Shown: positions 40,558 through 52,479, numbered from the stretch's first letter. The stretch: 64,000 nucleotides of DNA from Octopus bimaculoides (GCF_001194135.2 NC_068981.1:162008893-162072892), one strand, 5' to 3'. Numbers and translations are program-made. The notes: a model not told the origin generated them from the letters alone.

Positions 40558-41287
40558 TATGTATATGTATATATAATGGGCTTCTTCTTATTTCTAGCAA
40601 CCAATCCACTCATAAGACTTTGGTTAGCTACGGCTATTAGTAGAAGACTTTTGCCCAAGATGCCATGCAGTACGACTGAACCTGAGACCACATGGTTGAG
40701 ACGCATGCTTCATAACCACACTGTCACACCTGTGCCTATTCAACATCTGTAATGTAGAAGAAAATAAAAGAAAGGGAAAATATAGATTATTATGTAAATG
40801 ATTTTTTAAAATAATTTTTCACTCAATTAATGATATGGTACATAAGTTGTCCAAAAATAGATTAAAACATTGATAGAAAATAAATTGACAATTTCTTTAA
40901 AATTTCCAATATATTTCTGAAACATGAGTAGTGCTTAATGCGACAAAACAGTATTGTAAAATATTGGATTCTTGGAATAGCTATACTAACATTAAAATAT
41001 TTGTGTCAATGTTATAACAGATGGGAAGTTTACTGCATACCAATTGCTGTTGTTCATTCTGTTTAGCCCCAGGGTAGCCCAGTTTTAGCTGACCTATGAC
41101 CAAAGGCATTCCAATTGGTACCATTTTGTCTTTTTCTTTGATGCATTACATCTATGGCCATGTTATCCAGTGTGTACTTTACAAGACAGTAGGATATAAT
41201 TTGAGAGAGAAAGGGAGAGATGGTTTCTTTTTTTTTGGCTGCTATTTCTTGCAGACTGATACCTGTGTTTGTCCACACCACCATCAC

Positions 41288-41450
41288 TTGGGGAAATTCC
41301 GAACCTGGGTTCTCATTCCTAAGGTATTTTGAGAACTCAGGTTTGGAATTTCCCCCAAGACACCTGATGAAGGCTGGAGGGTATATCAGCCGAAACGTTG
41401 TGCTAACAACAAACAAGATGAGGACAAATATCCGTCAAACGTAAATAATA
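41288..41450 (+). mobile_element. Penelope-like terminal repeat (family 1) beginning with a hairpin of about 28-bp arms
   Basis: ggggaaattccgaacctgggttctca / tgagaactcaggtttggaatttcccc, then the same arm as 16299-16393. Confidence 0.65.
41358..41405 (+). ncRNA. Minimal type-I hammerhead ribozyme motif with intact core (family 1)
   Basis: AGACAC CTGATGA A GGCTG gagggtatat CAGCC GAAAC GTT GTGCT: CUGAUGA and GAAA cores, 5-bp stem II, palindromic AACGTT stem III, CAC/GTG stem I. Confidence 0.7.
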
Positions 41451-41676
41451 CTCTTTACTCTTTCACTTGTTTCAGTCATTTTGACTGTGGACATGCTAGA
41501 GCACCGCCTTTAGTCGAGCAAATCGACCCCAGGACTTATTCTTTGGAAGCCTAGTACTTATTCTATCAGTTTCTTTTGTCGAACCGCTAAGTTACGGGGA
41601 CGTAAACACACCACCATCGGTTGTCAAGCAATGTCGGGGGAACAAACACAGACACACAAACACACACACACACACG

Positions 41677-41746
<70 letters not shown>

Positions 41747-41849
41747 CATATATACAATGGGCTTTTTTCAGTTTCCGTCTACCAAATCCACTCACAAGGC
41801 TTTGGTCGGCCCGAGGCTATAGTAGAAGACACTTGCCCAAGGTGCCACA
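41451..41849 (-). mobile_element. SINE family A, lacking the extreme head
   Basis: Matches the family A consensus; internal (CA)n. Confidence 0.88.
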
Positions 41850-42396
41850 TGTATAATTTTAGATATAATTAATTTCTTTATCTACCCATCCCCAGCTCAT
41901 TTCACTAATTCTTACAATTGGTCACCATAGTGTTGAACAGACACAAGAGAATAATTTTAATAGATATATCAAAACACAAATATCTGTAATATAACGTAAG
42001 TCTATCTTGTCTTTGCCTACTGACCTTACATGACACACTCACGTGACTCGAATGTAGGACAATGCAGCTGCTACTTACATATATACACACATGTGCACAT
42101 GTGCACGTACACATATAAATGCGTATTCTTGATCATATCCAATGGAATCTCATCTAAATGATTGACAAACCTCACTTATCAATCTGCTAAAACCTCTGAC
42201 ATGATTTTCTTGTATTCTCTGCTACATGGTGTTCTTGTTTCTATGAACAAATAAGCTGTGCACCAAATGCGAGAACTCAGATGCAATCAAGTCTCTTCCT
42301 ACCATCACCACTATTCTATCTGCACCAAACCCCATGCTGAACACTTTTTTTCCAAACCCTTTCTCCCCTACAACAGCTTCCCTTTGGAAGTCTCTT

Positions 42397-42399
<3 letters not shown>

Positions 42400-42436
<37 letters not shown>

Positions 42437-42925
42437 CCATCATCGTTGTCATTGTTTAACTTCAGTTTTCCATGCTGGCATGGGTTGGACAGTTTGACCA
42501 GAGCTGGCAAGCTGGGGAGGTACCCAGGTTTTATTTGTCTGTTTTGATACGGTTTCTACAGCTCAATGCCCTTCCGAATGCCAACCACTTTACAGAATGT
42601 GCTGGGTGCTTCCTACATGCCACTGGCATGAGTGCATTTTATGTGCCACCACTAAAAGTACATTTTACATGGTAATGGCATGAGTGTACCTAATGTGGCA
42701 CTGACACAAGTACATTTTACATTGCACCAGCATGAGGGCATTTTATGTAGCACCAGCACAAGTGCACTCCATGTGGCACTGGCACAAGTGNNNNNNNNNN
42801 NNNNNNNNNNNNACACAAGTACATTTTACATTGCACCAGCATGAGGGCATTTTATGTAGCACCAGCACAAGTGCACTCCATGTGGCACTGGCACAAGTGC
42901 ATTTTACGTGACACTGGCATGAAGT
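42400..42925 (-). repeat. RTE 3'-UTR copy extended by a 26-bp minisatellite
   Basis: Units cattttacattgcaccagcatgaggg / cattttatgtagcaccagcacaagtg / cactccatgtggcactggcacaagtg. Confidence 0.75.
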
Positions 42926-43084
42926 AATTTTTTCATTTAAGACATCAGTCTGGAAAAGTCCAAGTTTAGACACTAACTGTTTTGAATATAACAATCTGCA
43001 TTCAACACTACAAGCTATAATGACCATAATCAATATTTAGTGCTGTGAATGACACCACCTCACAAATCATATTTTTATCAGAAT

Positions 43085-43687
43085 CACTGGTTCTCAGCTG
43101 AGGTCCATATAAGGCACCTGAGGGTCCATATAAGATTTTGTGGGGTTCACACAACAAAATGGTAAATTGGGGATTCACAATAGCATTTCAAGGGCCCCTG
43201 AAAAGAATTTGTTTTAGATGTATGTTTTAATATGTATTACAAGAAACTAAGCTTCTTGACGGCGGCGAGTTGGCAGAAACATTAGCACGCCAGGTGAAAT
43301 GCTTAGTGGTATTTTGTCTGCTGTAACGTTCTGAGTTCAAATTCCGCCAACGTCAACTTTGCCTTTCATCCTTTCGGAGTCAATAAATTAAGTACCAGTT
43401 ACGCACTTGAGTCGATGTAATCAACTTAATCCGTTTGTCTGTCCTTGTTTGTCCCCTCTATGTTTAGCCCCTTGTGGGCAATAAAGAAATATGAAACAAC
43501 TAAGCTTCTTTCCCTAACATTTTACACAGTTTGGCTTACACAAGTTAATGTGTGAAAAACAAAATAGGTATTTTGAAAGAAGTGTCAATAAAGCTAGTTT
43601 TTTGTACATTGAATGACAATAGGGGTCCACCAGAATAAAATAGTAATCAAAGGGATCCATAGGATAAAGAATCATTGAGAACCCCTG
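43085..43687. mobile_element. hAT (Charlie-type) MITE interrupted by a SINE
   Basis: TIRs cactggttctca / tgagaacccctg; right flank atctagat fits the NTCTAGAN Charlie target, left flank atcagaat is degenerate. Confidence 0.75.
43258..43497 (+). mobile_element. Full-length family-B SINE with 13-bp TSD
   Basis: TSD aactaagcttctt at 43245-43257 and 43498-43510. Confidence 0.92.
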
Positions 43688-44309
43688 ATCTAGATCATTG
43701 GACTTGTGTGTAAAGAGCTAAGTGTTTTGGCTGGAAATACATTACAGTTCTCATGGTAGGATACAAACCAATGAACCCTTGGCTAGTTTACCAGTTCCTC
43801 ATTGACCTAGTTACCTCAGCTCTTCTCCTGTTGACAATAACAAAAAAAAAAGGGGGAAAAAATCAAAGAAAGAAAGAAAACAACTACATTTTTAGATTTA
43901 AAAACTAAATCAAGTAGTTTATACAAAATAATCTCTTTGATCTAAAATTTATTTAAGTATCGTCTGTCACTATGTTTATGTAACTGTGTAGTTTGATTAT
44001 GTGTCTTGGCTAATCTAAACAAGAGTTTAAAACACAGTTGTAAGTATCAGTCAGAAATCTATTTCTTCCATTCCATTTATAAAATCATTCTGTAAGATAA
44101 GAATTTAATTAATATCACAGGTTACCAAAACTCATTGATTAGAAGTGTCTACATATGTTAGTAGTAGAAATCTGTCATGGTATTAAAACTATAAAACTAT
44201 TAGTTTATTGTTAGAAGATTTAAATCCACTGGTGGTGTGTTTTTGTATCATTGGCCAGTGTTCTCTCTCTTCTATTGCCTTTATTTTACAACAATATATA
44301 TATTAGTTT

Positions 44310-44570
44310 ATTTAAGAGAAAGTGGAAGTGGATTGGTAGCACAATTAGAAAGGACACACCAAATGCAGCGAAAAGCGCTTTACAGTGGAATCCAGATGGA
44401 TATAGAAAGAAGGGTAGGCCTAAGAACTGGTGGCGTATATCAACACAAAAGGAACTGGAGAAAGAAGGACATTCATAGCAGAGTATAAATACAGAAGCGA
44501 GAAATTATGCGACATGGAATTCAATTATAAGTGGTGTATACTCCGCGTTGGTGTGTTAAAGGCAAGAAAG
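44310..44570 (+). mobile_element. RTE-type LINE C-terminal fragment, different family
   Basis: RKWKWIGSTIRKDTPNAAKSALQWNPDGYRKKGRPKNWWR. Confidence 0.8.
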
Positions 44571-45700
44571 AAAAAGAATATATATTAGTGGATTGGTGTT
44601 TGTTGCATGTATTTTTTTTTTGTTTTTCTTGGTTAGTCAGAAGGGCAGGGCAGTGCCCATGGTCAACCATAGGATCAACAAAGCAGGTGGGAAGGAGGAA
44701 AGCATCCTTTAGTCCTTTTACTGCAAAATGAAATATTGTGGTTATTCAAGTGAATATGTTAAATCATTGTCGTCGTCGTTGTTGTCGTTATCTCCTAACA
44801 TCTGTCCTTCTGTTATGTCTCAAGCACCTTCGGATGATCTCTACTCAATGGCTACACAACAGCTACTCAACAGTCAGTCCACTGTCAGACTACCTCTATT
44901 TATATGTCTTGGTCGATCCTACTTCTTCGCCTGGGGGCATCGACACAACACCTTCATGCTGACATAGGTTGAACACTGTGACAGGAGTTGGTCAGCTAGA
45001 GAACTACTCTGGCTCCATTTGTCTGTTTTGGCATGGTTTCTATGACTGATTGCCCTTCCTCACACCAACCACTCTACAGAGTGTACTGGGTGTTTTTTAC
45101 ATGACACCAGCACAGGTACTTTTATATGACACTGATGTGGATTGGTATTTTCTCCAAGTGACATTGCTTCACTGAACTTGATGTATCTTAACAAAAAATA
45201 GCTTTGAACATGACATTTTTCAGCAAAAGATTGATTGGTATATAAAACTGCTTTTTGCACTTAAGGGTAATGAAATTTTGAGTGGATATATTTGATTTTC
45301 ACATTGAAAGGGTTAACGTTGAGGTGCCTACCAAAGGCACTCAAAAACCGATGAGGATTTTAAACCAGACAACAAATTACACCTTCTACCCATGTTGACC
45401 ATGGCTGCCTTTGAACTCACAATGTCTGATACTTTAACAATTCACTGTTTTCGACTGGTACTTTATTTATCAACCCTAGAAAAATGAAAAAGACCTCAAA
45501 CCAAGGAGTCAAACTATGTACCACAAGCCTTTTTGTTTGATGGTCTAACAACTCTGCCAAACCATTTTCATTGATCACCAGAGGCTTTCACATTGAATGA
45601 ATTGATCTTCATTTAAGTGTAGGATCTATGACAATGGCTCAAAGTTGTGTTATATAGAAAAAGTGAGCAATAATTCAGAGCTGAAAATAATGAAAAGTCT

Positions 45701-45954
45701 TGTAGTGACGCCTGGTTCCAGTCACCATTTTGGGATTTTCATCCACGCATGCGCAGGGATTAGAGACTTCTGGAAGGCCTGCCGGAAGCCCCTTATGCGC
45801 ATGCGTAGTCATCAGCAGCCGCTAAGCTTGACCGCCAGTCACTCTCTTCGTCTCTACTGCCGATCTAGACACATGCAATCTTGACCAGCTCCATGTAGCT
45901 GGAGATCTGAAGGCATCACACGACGTTGGCTAACCTGTGAAGAATGGTTTCACA
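45701..45954. other. GC/CpG-rich island of about 250 bp; possible solo LTR or promoter-like element
   Basis: TG...CA ends; two GCGCATGCG palindromic motifs and CCGGAAG; no matching TSD seen. Confidence 0.35.
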
Positions 45955-45960
45955 ATTGTG

Positions 45961-46473
45961 AGGCTGTGTGGTAAGTAGCTTGTTTACCAACCACATGGTT
46001 CTGGGTTCAGTTCCAATGTGTGGCACCTTGGGCAAGTGTCTTCTACTATAGCCTTGGGCCGACCAAAGCCTTGTGAGTGGATTTGGTAGACGGAAACTGA
46101 AAGAAGCCCGTCGTATATATGTATATATATATATATATNNNNNNNNNNNNNNNNNNNNNNNNNNNNNNNNNNNNNNNNNNNNNNNNNNNNNNNNNNNNNN
46201 NNNNNNNNNNNNNNNNNNNNNNNNNNNNNNNNNATATATATGTATGTGTGTGTATATGTTTGTGTGTCTGTGTTTGTCCCCCCAACATCGCTTGACAACT
46301 GATGCTGGTGTGTTTACGTCCCTGCAACTTAATGGTTCAGCAAAAAGAGACCGATAGAATAAGTACTAGGCTTACAAAGAATAAGTCCTGGGGTCGATTT
46401 GTTCGACTAAAGGCGGTGCTCCAGCATGGCCACAGTCAAATGACTGAAACAAGTAAAAGAGTAAAATAGTAAA
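45961..46473 (+). mobile_element. SINE family A, gap in the internal microsatellite
   Basis: Head, core and tail all match the family consensus. Confidence 0.9.
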
Positions 46474-47024
46474 CGAACTCTGCTGCTTCCACACCAAGGC
46501 AACCTGGCTACTGATTGTCCCAAGATGTAACGCTTGTACAGACGAAAAATAAATATTGTTATTTGTTCAGAAATTCTTGTTCTGCTATTTTCCTTCCACG
46601 TTTATGTAAGGAATTGTGTGGCACCCATCCAGTACCAACCTCACTTCCTACAGGCTTATCTTCAGGATGCAGTGGAGCTAGGCTGTATATGTCTCTACCT
46701 GTGATATACAGCTTTCCATTTAACACAAAACTTTGTAGTGATGGAATTGTTAGAGCATAGAAAGGGATATCATGCAATATTTGTTGCAGCTCTTCACATT
46801 TAGAACAACTTCGTCTTTCTTCTTTCCATGAATGGTAACATAAAATTCTAGCCATCATCATCATCACCATCATGCTGATACTCATCACCATCATCCTCAT
46901 TATATATACACAAGCACTCACAGGGACACGCAACCATAGGAACCATACCAAAGCTGACACAGGAACGTGATGCAGCCCTGTGCTCACTGCCAGAATGCCA
47001 GCATGGAAAATGGATGTTAAATGG

Positions 47025-47290
47025 TGGTGATAATGATGATGACAATGACGATTATGACGACAATGATGATGTTGATGACAATGATGATGATGATGATGAC
47101 GACAACAATAACAATGATGATGACGATGATGATGACAACAACGACAATGATGACGACAACGATGATGATGATGATGATGATGATGATGACAATAACAATG
47201 ATGATGACGATGACGATGATGATGATGATGACAACGATGACGATGACGACAATGATGATGATGATGATGAGAATGATGACGGCAATGACG
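47025..47290. repeat. Compound (GAT/GAC/AAT)n trinucleotide array
   Basis: Seen directly; explains the poly-D/M/S/H ORFs. Confidence 0.97.
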
Positions 47291-47533
47291 ATATATTAAA
47301 TTTATAATCACTATAACATGAACTGTTTAATTTACTTATGATAATTTCTGATACAGAATTATTTTTTTAAAAGTTAGCATGTATAATTAATGACATAACA
47401 ACTTAATTTACTTAATCAATCAATAATCTTTAATTGGAAAAGTATTTGAAATTATATCTTAGTTTTATGTGTTTAATGGTCTTTTTGTGTCAGTTTTTGT
47501 TTGGGTATCATTTTTGTTTTATAATGTATGGAA

Positions 47534-47594
<61 letters not shown>

Positions 47595-47798
47595 CATGCA
47601 TGTATGTATGTGTGTATGTATGTATGTATGGATGTGCCTATATTTGTGATTATGTATGCATGTACATAGGTATGTTTGTGTTTATGTATGTATGTATGTA
47701 TGTATGTATGTATGTGTTTAAAATTTAGCAGCTCTTGTATATTTAACAACTTCAGACATTTTCTGTTGTACTGTTTGTATCCTGGTTGTTTCAGAGAT

Positions 47799-48180
47799 GT
47801 GGAGGCGCAGTGGCCCACTGGTTAGGGCAGTGGACTTGCGGTCATAAGATCGCAGTTTCGATTCCCAAACCAGGCGTTGTGAGTGTTTATTGAGTGAAAA
47901 CACCTAAAGCTCCACGAGGCTCCAGCAGGGGATGGTGGCGAACCCTGCTGTACTCTTTCACCACAACTTTCTCTCACTCTTACTTCCTGTTTATGTTGTG
48001 CCTGTAATTCAAAGGGCCAGCCTTGTCACACTGTGTCACGCTGAATATCCCCGAGAACTACGTTAAGGGTACACGTGTCTGTGGAGTGCTCAGCCACTTG
48101 CACGTTAATTTCACGAGCAGGCTGTTCCATTGATCGGATCAACCAGAACCCTCGATGTCGTAAGCGACGGAGTGCCAACA
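47799..48180 (+). mobile_element. Full-length tRNA-SINE (family C) with 10-bp TSD
   Basis: Head tggcccactggttagggcagtggac..gtttcgattccc; TSD tttcagagat at 47789-47798 and 48182-48191. Confidence 0.92.
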
Positions 48181-48552
48181 CTTTCAGAGATATGTTTATG
48201 TTGTTGATGTTGTAGCTGTTTTGCAACAGCTGTTGCTGTTTAACCCCCATGCAGACTTGTGATTAAGGACATTCCAACTGTGACAATCTCAACATTTTAG
48301 GACTATGTTACTATGTTATTTGAACACTCCTGCACTCCTATTTTTAAATAGTGAGCTGTGATTTGATGAAACATTTGGCTACTATTTCTAGCAGAGCAAT
48401 GACCACATATTGTGTTTGATGCCATTTAACCCAAGGTTAGCCTTCATTGAACTGACCTATGATCAAAAGCATTCTAGCTATGACCATCTAACATGCAAGA
48501 AAGCCATGCAAGGAAACCAAGTTTACATTATATAAGTTGTGTTTTTTTTTTT

Positions 48553-48934
48553 TGTTGGCACTCCGTTGCTTATGATGTCGAGGGTTCCAATTGATCCAAT
48601 CAATGGAACAGCCTGCTCAAGAAATTAACGTGCAAATGGCTGAGCATTCCACAGACACGTGTACCCTTAACGTAGTTCTCGGGGATATTCAGCGTGAAAC
48701 AGTGTGATAAGGCTGACCCTTTTAATTACAGGCACAACAGAAACAGGAAGGAAGAGCGAGAGAAAGTTGTGGTGAAAGAGTACAGCAGGGTTCGCCATCA
48801 TCCCCTGCCCGAGCCTCATGAAGCTTTAGGTGTTTTCGCTCAATAAACACTCACAACGCCCGATCTGGGAATCGAAACCGCAGTCTGATGAACGTGAGTC
48901 CACTGCCCTAATCACTAGGCCATTGCGCCTCCAC
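48553..48934 (-). mobile_element. Full-length tRNA-SINE (family C), inverted relative to 47799-48180
   Basis: Reverse complement over the full length; TSD attatataagt at 48527-48537 and 48935-48945. Confidence 0.92.
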
Positions 48935-50446
48935 ATTATATAAGTACTACTTTTTAAAACAGCAGTAAATGGCAGAATGTGATTTAATGAAGATTTGGTT
49001 TCTGTTTTTAGCATATCAAGTGACCACATAGAAGACCCTTCAGTTGTTTGTGGTAGTTTGATTGTCTGTTTGTTTGTTGGTTGGTTGGTTGGTTGGTTGG
49101 TTGGTTGGTTGGCTGGTTGGTGCATCATAGTTATTTTCACAGCTTGCTGTCCTTTCTGTTTCCCTTGTTACTATTATTCATTTGTAAATGATTTCTCCCA
49201 TTGATACATCAGCTATGGGATAAAGTGAATTATGACATTATTGATATCATATTATTGATATGACATGATATAGTCTGATATTCACAGATGAATTACGATG
49301 GCATAACCGTGATATAATATATGATACGAAAAATTTTACCCTGTACACAGTGGATTGGGAAAGGAATCTATTGAAACACAGCATGCTGTGTATCAGATTT
49401 TTGTGTGTATGTTTTCAATATACTACAATTTTATGGTTATTCAACTTGTCTTATCGTTATCAGATACTTTTGCTGATTAACTGTATGCAATTTCATATGT
49501 CAAGTGTACATGCATACATACATACATACATACATACATATGTACATACATACATACATATGTACATACATACATACATACATATATACATACATACATA
49601 CATACAAAAATACCCTGTTGTTTATGTTGAAATTTCAATGAAAAAGCCTTGGATCTAGGTTAGAAACCAACTCTTTCTCTACTGGCAAAAAAATCTTGAA
49701 ATGAAACTGAATAACGACATACATACATTATGTATGTACATACATATGTACGTACATACATACATAAATGCATACATACGTACATATATTACATTACATA
49801 CATATGTATGTACATATATACATACATACATACATATAGAAATTTACAAAACGAGAAGATGAAATGAGCAGGTTTTAATCCTGATCACAATTGTTTCTCT
49901 TCAATGGTAACAGCTGTTAGTTGCTGAGTTCTCCATATACTATTACATAAAATATATAAATAAACATTAGCAATATGATCTAGCAACACAATTTTGGAAT
50001 TAACCTTTCCCATCCCCCCATCTCCACTCTCCCTTCGCTCACCTTGGTTCCAACCCCACCATATCACCTACACCCTGGTGATTCTTCAACCCTAATCCAG
50101 GGGACATAACTCCAATGAGATAAAAAAAAAAATTTTCCCTGGATTTTGACCTGAGTGATTTCATTCCATTTTGTTTTACGACACCCATAAGACCTGCAAA
50201 CTTGAAATAACACTTTTAGATCTCTAGAAGCAAAGCACCTACACCATACTGTTCCTGTCAGTGTTTTCTGATGATTGTCAGGATTATCTCAACTCCTGGT
50301 ATGAAACTGATTGGTATCGAGTGGCTGGTATGAAAATATAACATTGTATTTTTTATTGATAATAATATACCCACTTTATTAATCATTACATGAGTGCCTT
50401 TTTCTTGACTCCTGGATTTTTACACAACTCGAATGCACATACACAT

Positions 50447-50493
<47 letters not shown>

Positions 50494-50496
50494 TAT

Positions 50497-50656
50497 AGGC
50501 GCAGGAGTGGCTGTGTGGTAAGTAGCTTGTTCTGGGTTCAGTCCCACTGTGTGACACCATAGCCTCAGGCCGACCAAAGCCTTGTGAATGGATTTTGTAG
50601 ATGGAAACTGAAAGAAGCCTATCATACATGCATACATACATACATACATACATACA

Positions 50657-50731
<75 letters not shown>

Positions 50732-50930
50732 TTGTTCGTTCTCCCAACATCACTTAACAATAGATGCTAGTACATTCACATCCCCATAACTTAGCTGTTC
50801 AGCAAAAGAGACCAGTAGAATAATTACTAGGCTTACAAAGAATAAGTCCTGGGGTTGATTTGCTCGACTAAAGCTGGTGCTCCAGCATGGCTACAGTCAA
50901 ATGAGTGAAATAAGTAAAAGAATAAAAGAA
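50497..50930 (+). mobile_element. SINE family A with internal (ATAC)n/(AT)n
   Basis: Complete head ggcgcaggagtggctgtgtggtaag and tail. Confidence 0.9.
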
Positions 50931-51269
50931 TATATACATACATGCACACAGATCCTACCATAGACACACACACACACACACATATGCATGCACACACACA
51001 CACAGACTACTCACACAAACACAAAACACACATGCAGTTAATACCACAGAAACACACACACACACACACAGAGTTACCACCACATGCACCCCATATGCTA
51101 CCACATACACATACACACACAGTTACCACCACAGGCACACATGCTACCACACATACACACGCACACATACCAAGTATTTTTACACTCTCTTGCCCGAGAA
51201 AGCACTTTTTCTTCATTCTTTTATTCCTTCATTCCTTCTACTTCCAGTCGCTTCAGAAATGTTACTACA

Positions 51270-51470
51270 CATGAACTGTTGACGATTTTTTCTCCTTCTT
51301 CCTTTTTGCCTTTGGACTTTACTGTTTTTGCTGTTTCCAAAGAAGAGCTATGCTCAAAATATAAAATAACTACTCTCTTCTTTCTCTGAGCATCTTATTA
51401 ATATATTGCTTGTGCTATCTCCTCATATTTGTTTGTTATTTATTTTTTCATTGTGTTTTTTTTTAATTGA

Positions 51471-51475
<5 letters not shown>
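51270..51475. mobile_element. Old Penelope-like terminal repeat (family 2) with degenerate hammerhead at 51333-51367
   Basis: GTTT CCAAAGA A GAGC TAT GCTC AAAAT AT A AAAT; homologous to 35040-35250. Confidence 0.55.
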
Positions 51476-51524
<49 letters not shown>

Positions 51525-52479
51525 TGTAAAGGAATAGGGATTTGGAATCTGGGCAGACATCTTAGCATACTGATATAATCCAGATCTAGTTAAGCACATT
51601 GAATGATTGAGAACATACAAAATTGTTTAAGATAAACAATTAAATAGTACTTCAAGCAATAGGTAAATCCTGAGTTCTCTTCACTGGATTTCATATATCA
51701 TACGGACTATATGTACCAAGACATCATAAAGAGGAAATGAGGAATTATATTAAAGCATTACTCTCATCAAATTTCAAGCTGATACGTGTTTCTGCTGAAT
51801 ATGTGTCCTAGTGTCCAATGATGCAGCAGTTATGTGCATTTAGTTGATTTAAATTTAAATCAGCTGCTGTCCATATTCATCCAAGATAAACATTCCTATG
51901 CAGCCTTGCTCAAGGTTTTACTCATGCAGGTGGGTGAAGTGAACTGAGGAAGTGAATTATATAAGGAAATGAATGAAAATGCAGAAGTGTTTTAAAAGTA
52001 TTTATTAATGTAACTGGTTTCACTTATTTAAAAAGATTAAAAAAAAAAGAAACTGCATGTATAATACATAACTTAGAAGCAGCACTGCAGATGTGCCAAC
52101 ACACACGAACTTGAGACATGACTGCCCTCATGCACTTCTGGAGCACTGCCTGGAGTAAAACAAAGTCAGACAAAATCCTGCTAAGCATTTTGCCAGGCAT
52201 GCTAACGATTCTTGAAATCCACTTACAAGGTTTTGGTTGACTGTGAGACATTAGTAGAAAACACTTGGCTAAGTTACCACACAGTGGAACTGAATCTGAA
52301 ACCATGTAGTTGGGAAACAGATTTCTTACCATACAGCCATTTCTGTACCTATGCATGCATGGAAAAAGTGGACATTAAAACAATAATTTATAATTTCATT
52401 CTGAATAATTTATAAGGAATCTCTGTTGTTATTTTTACTTTCTTCCCTACAGTTGTCTGTTACTATACCTTCCATTTTA

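Noticed and set aside
46860-47311. His-rich, poly-Asp and poly-Met ORFs
   Set aside because: All arise from the (GAT)n array; no splice or start context.
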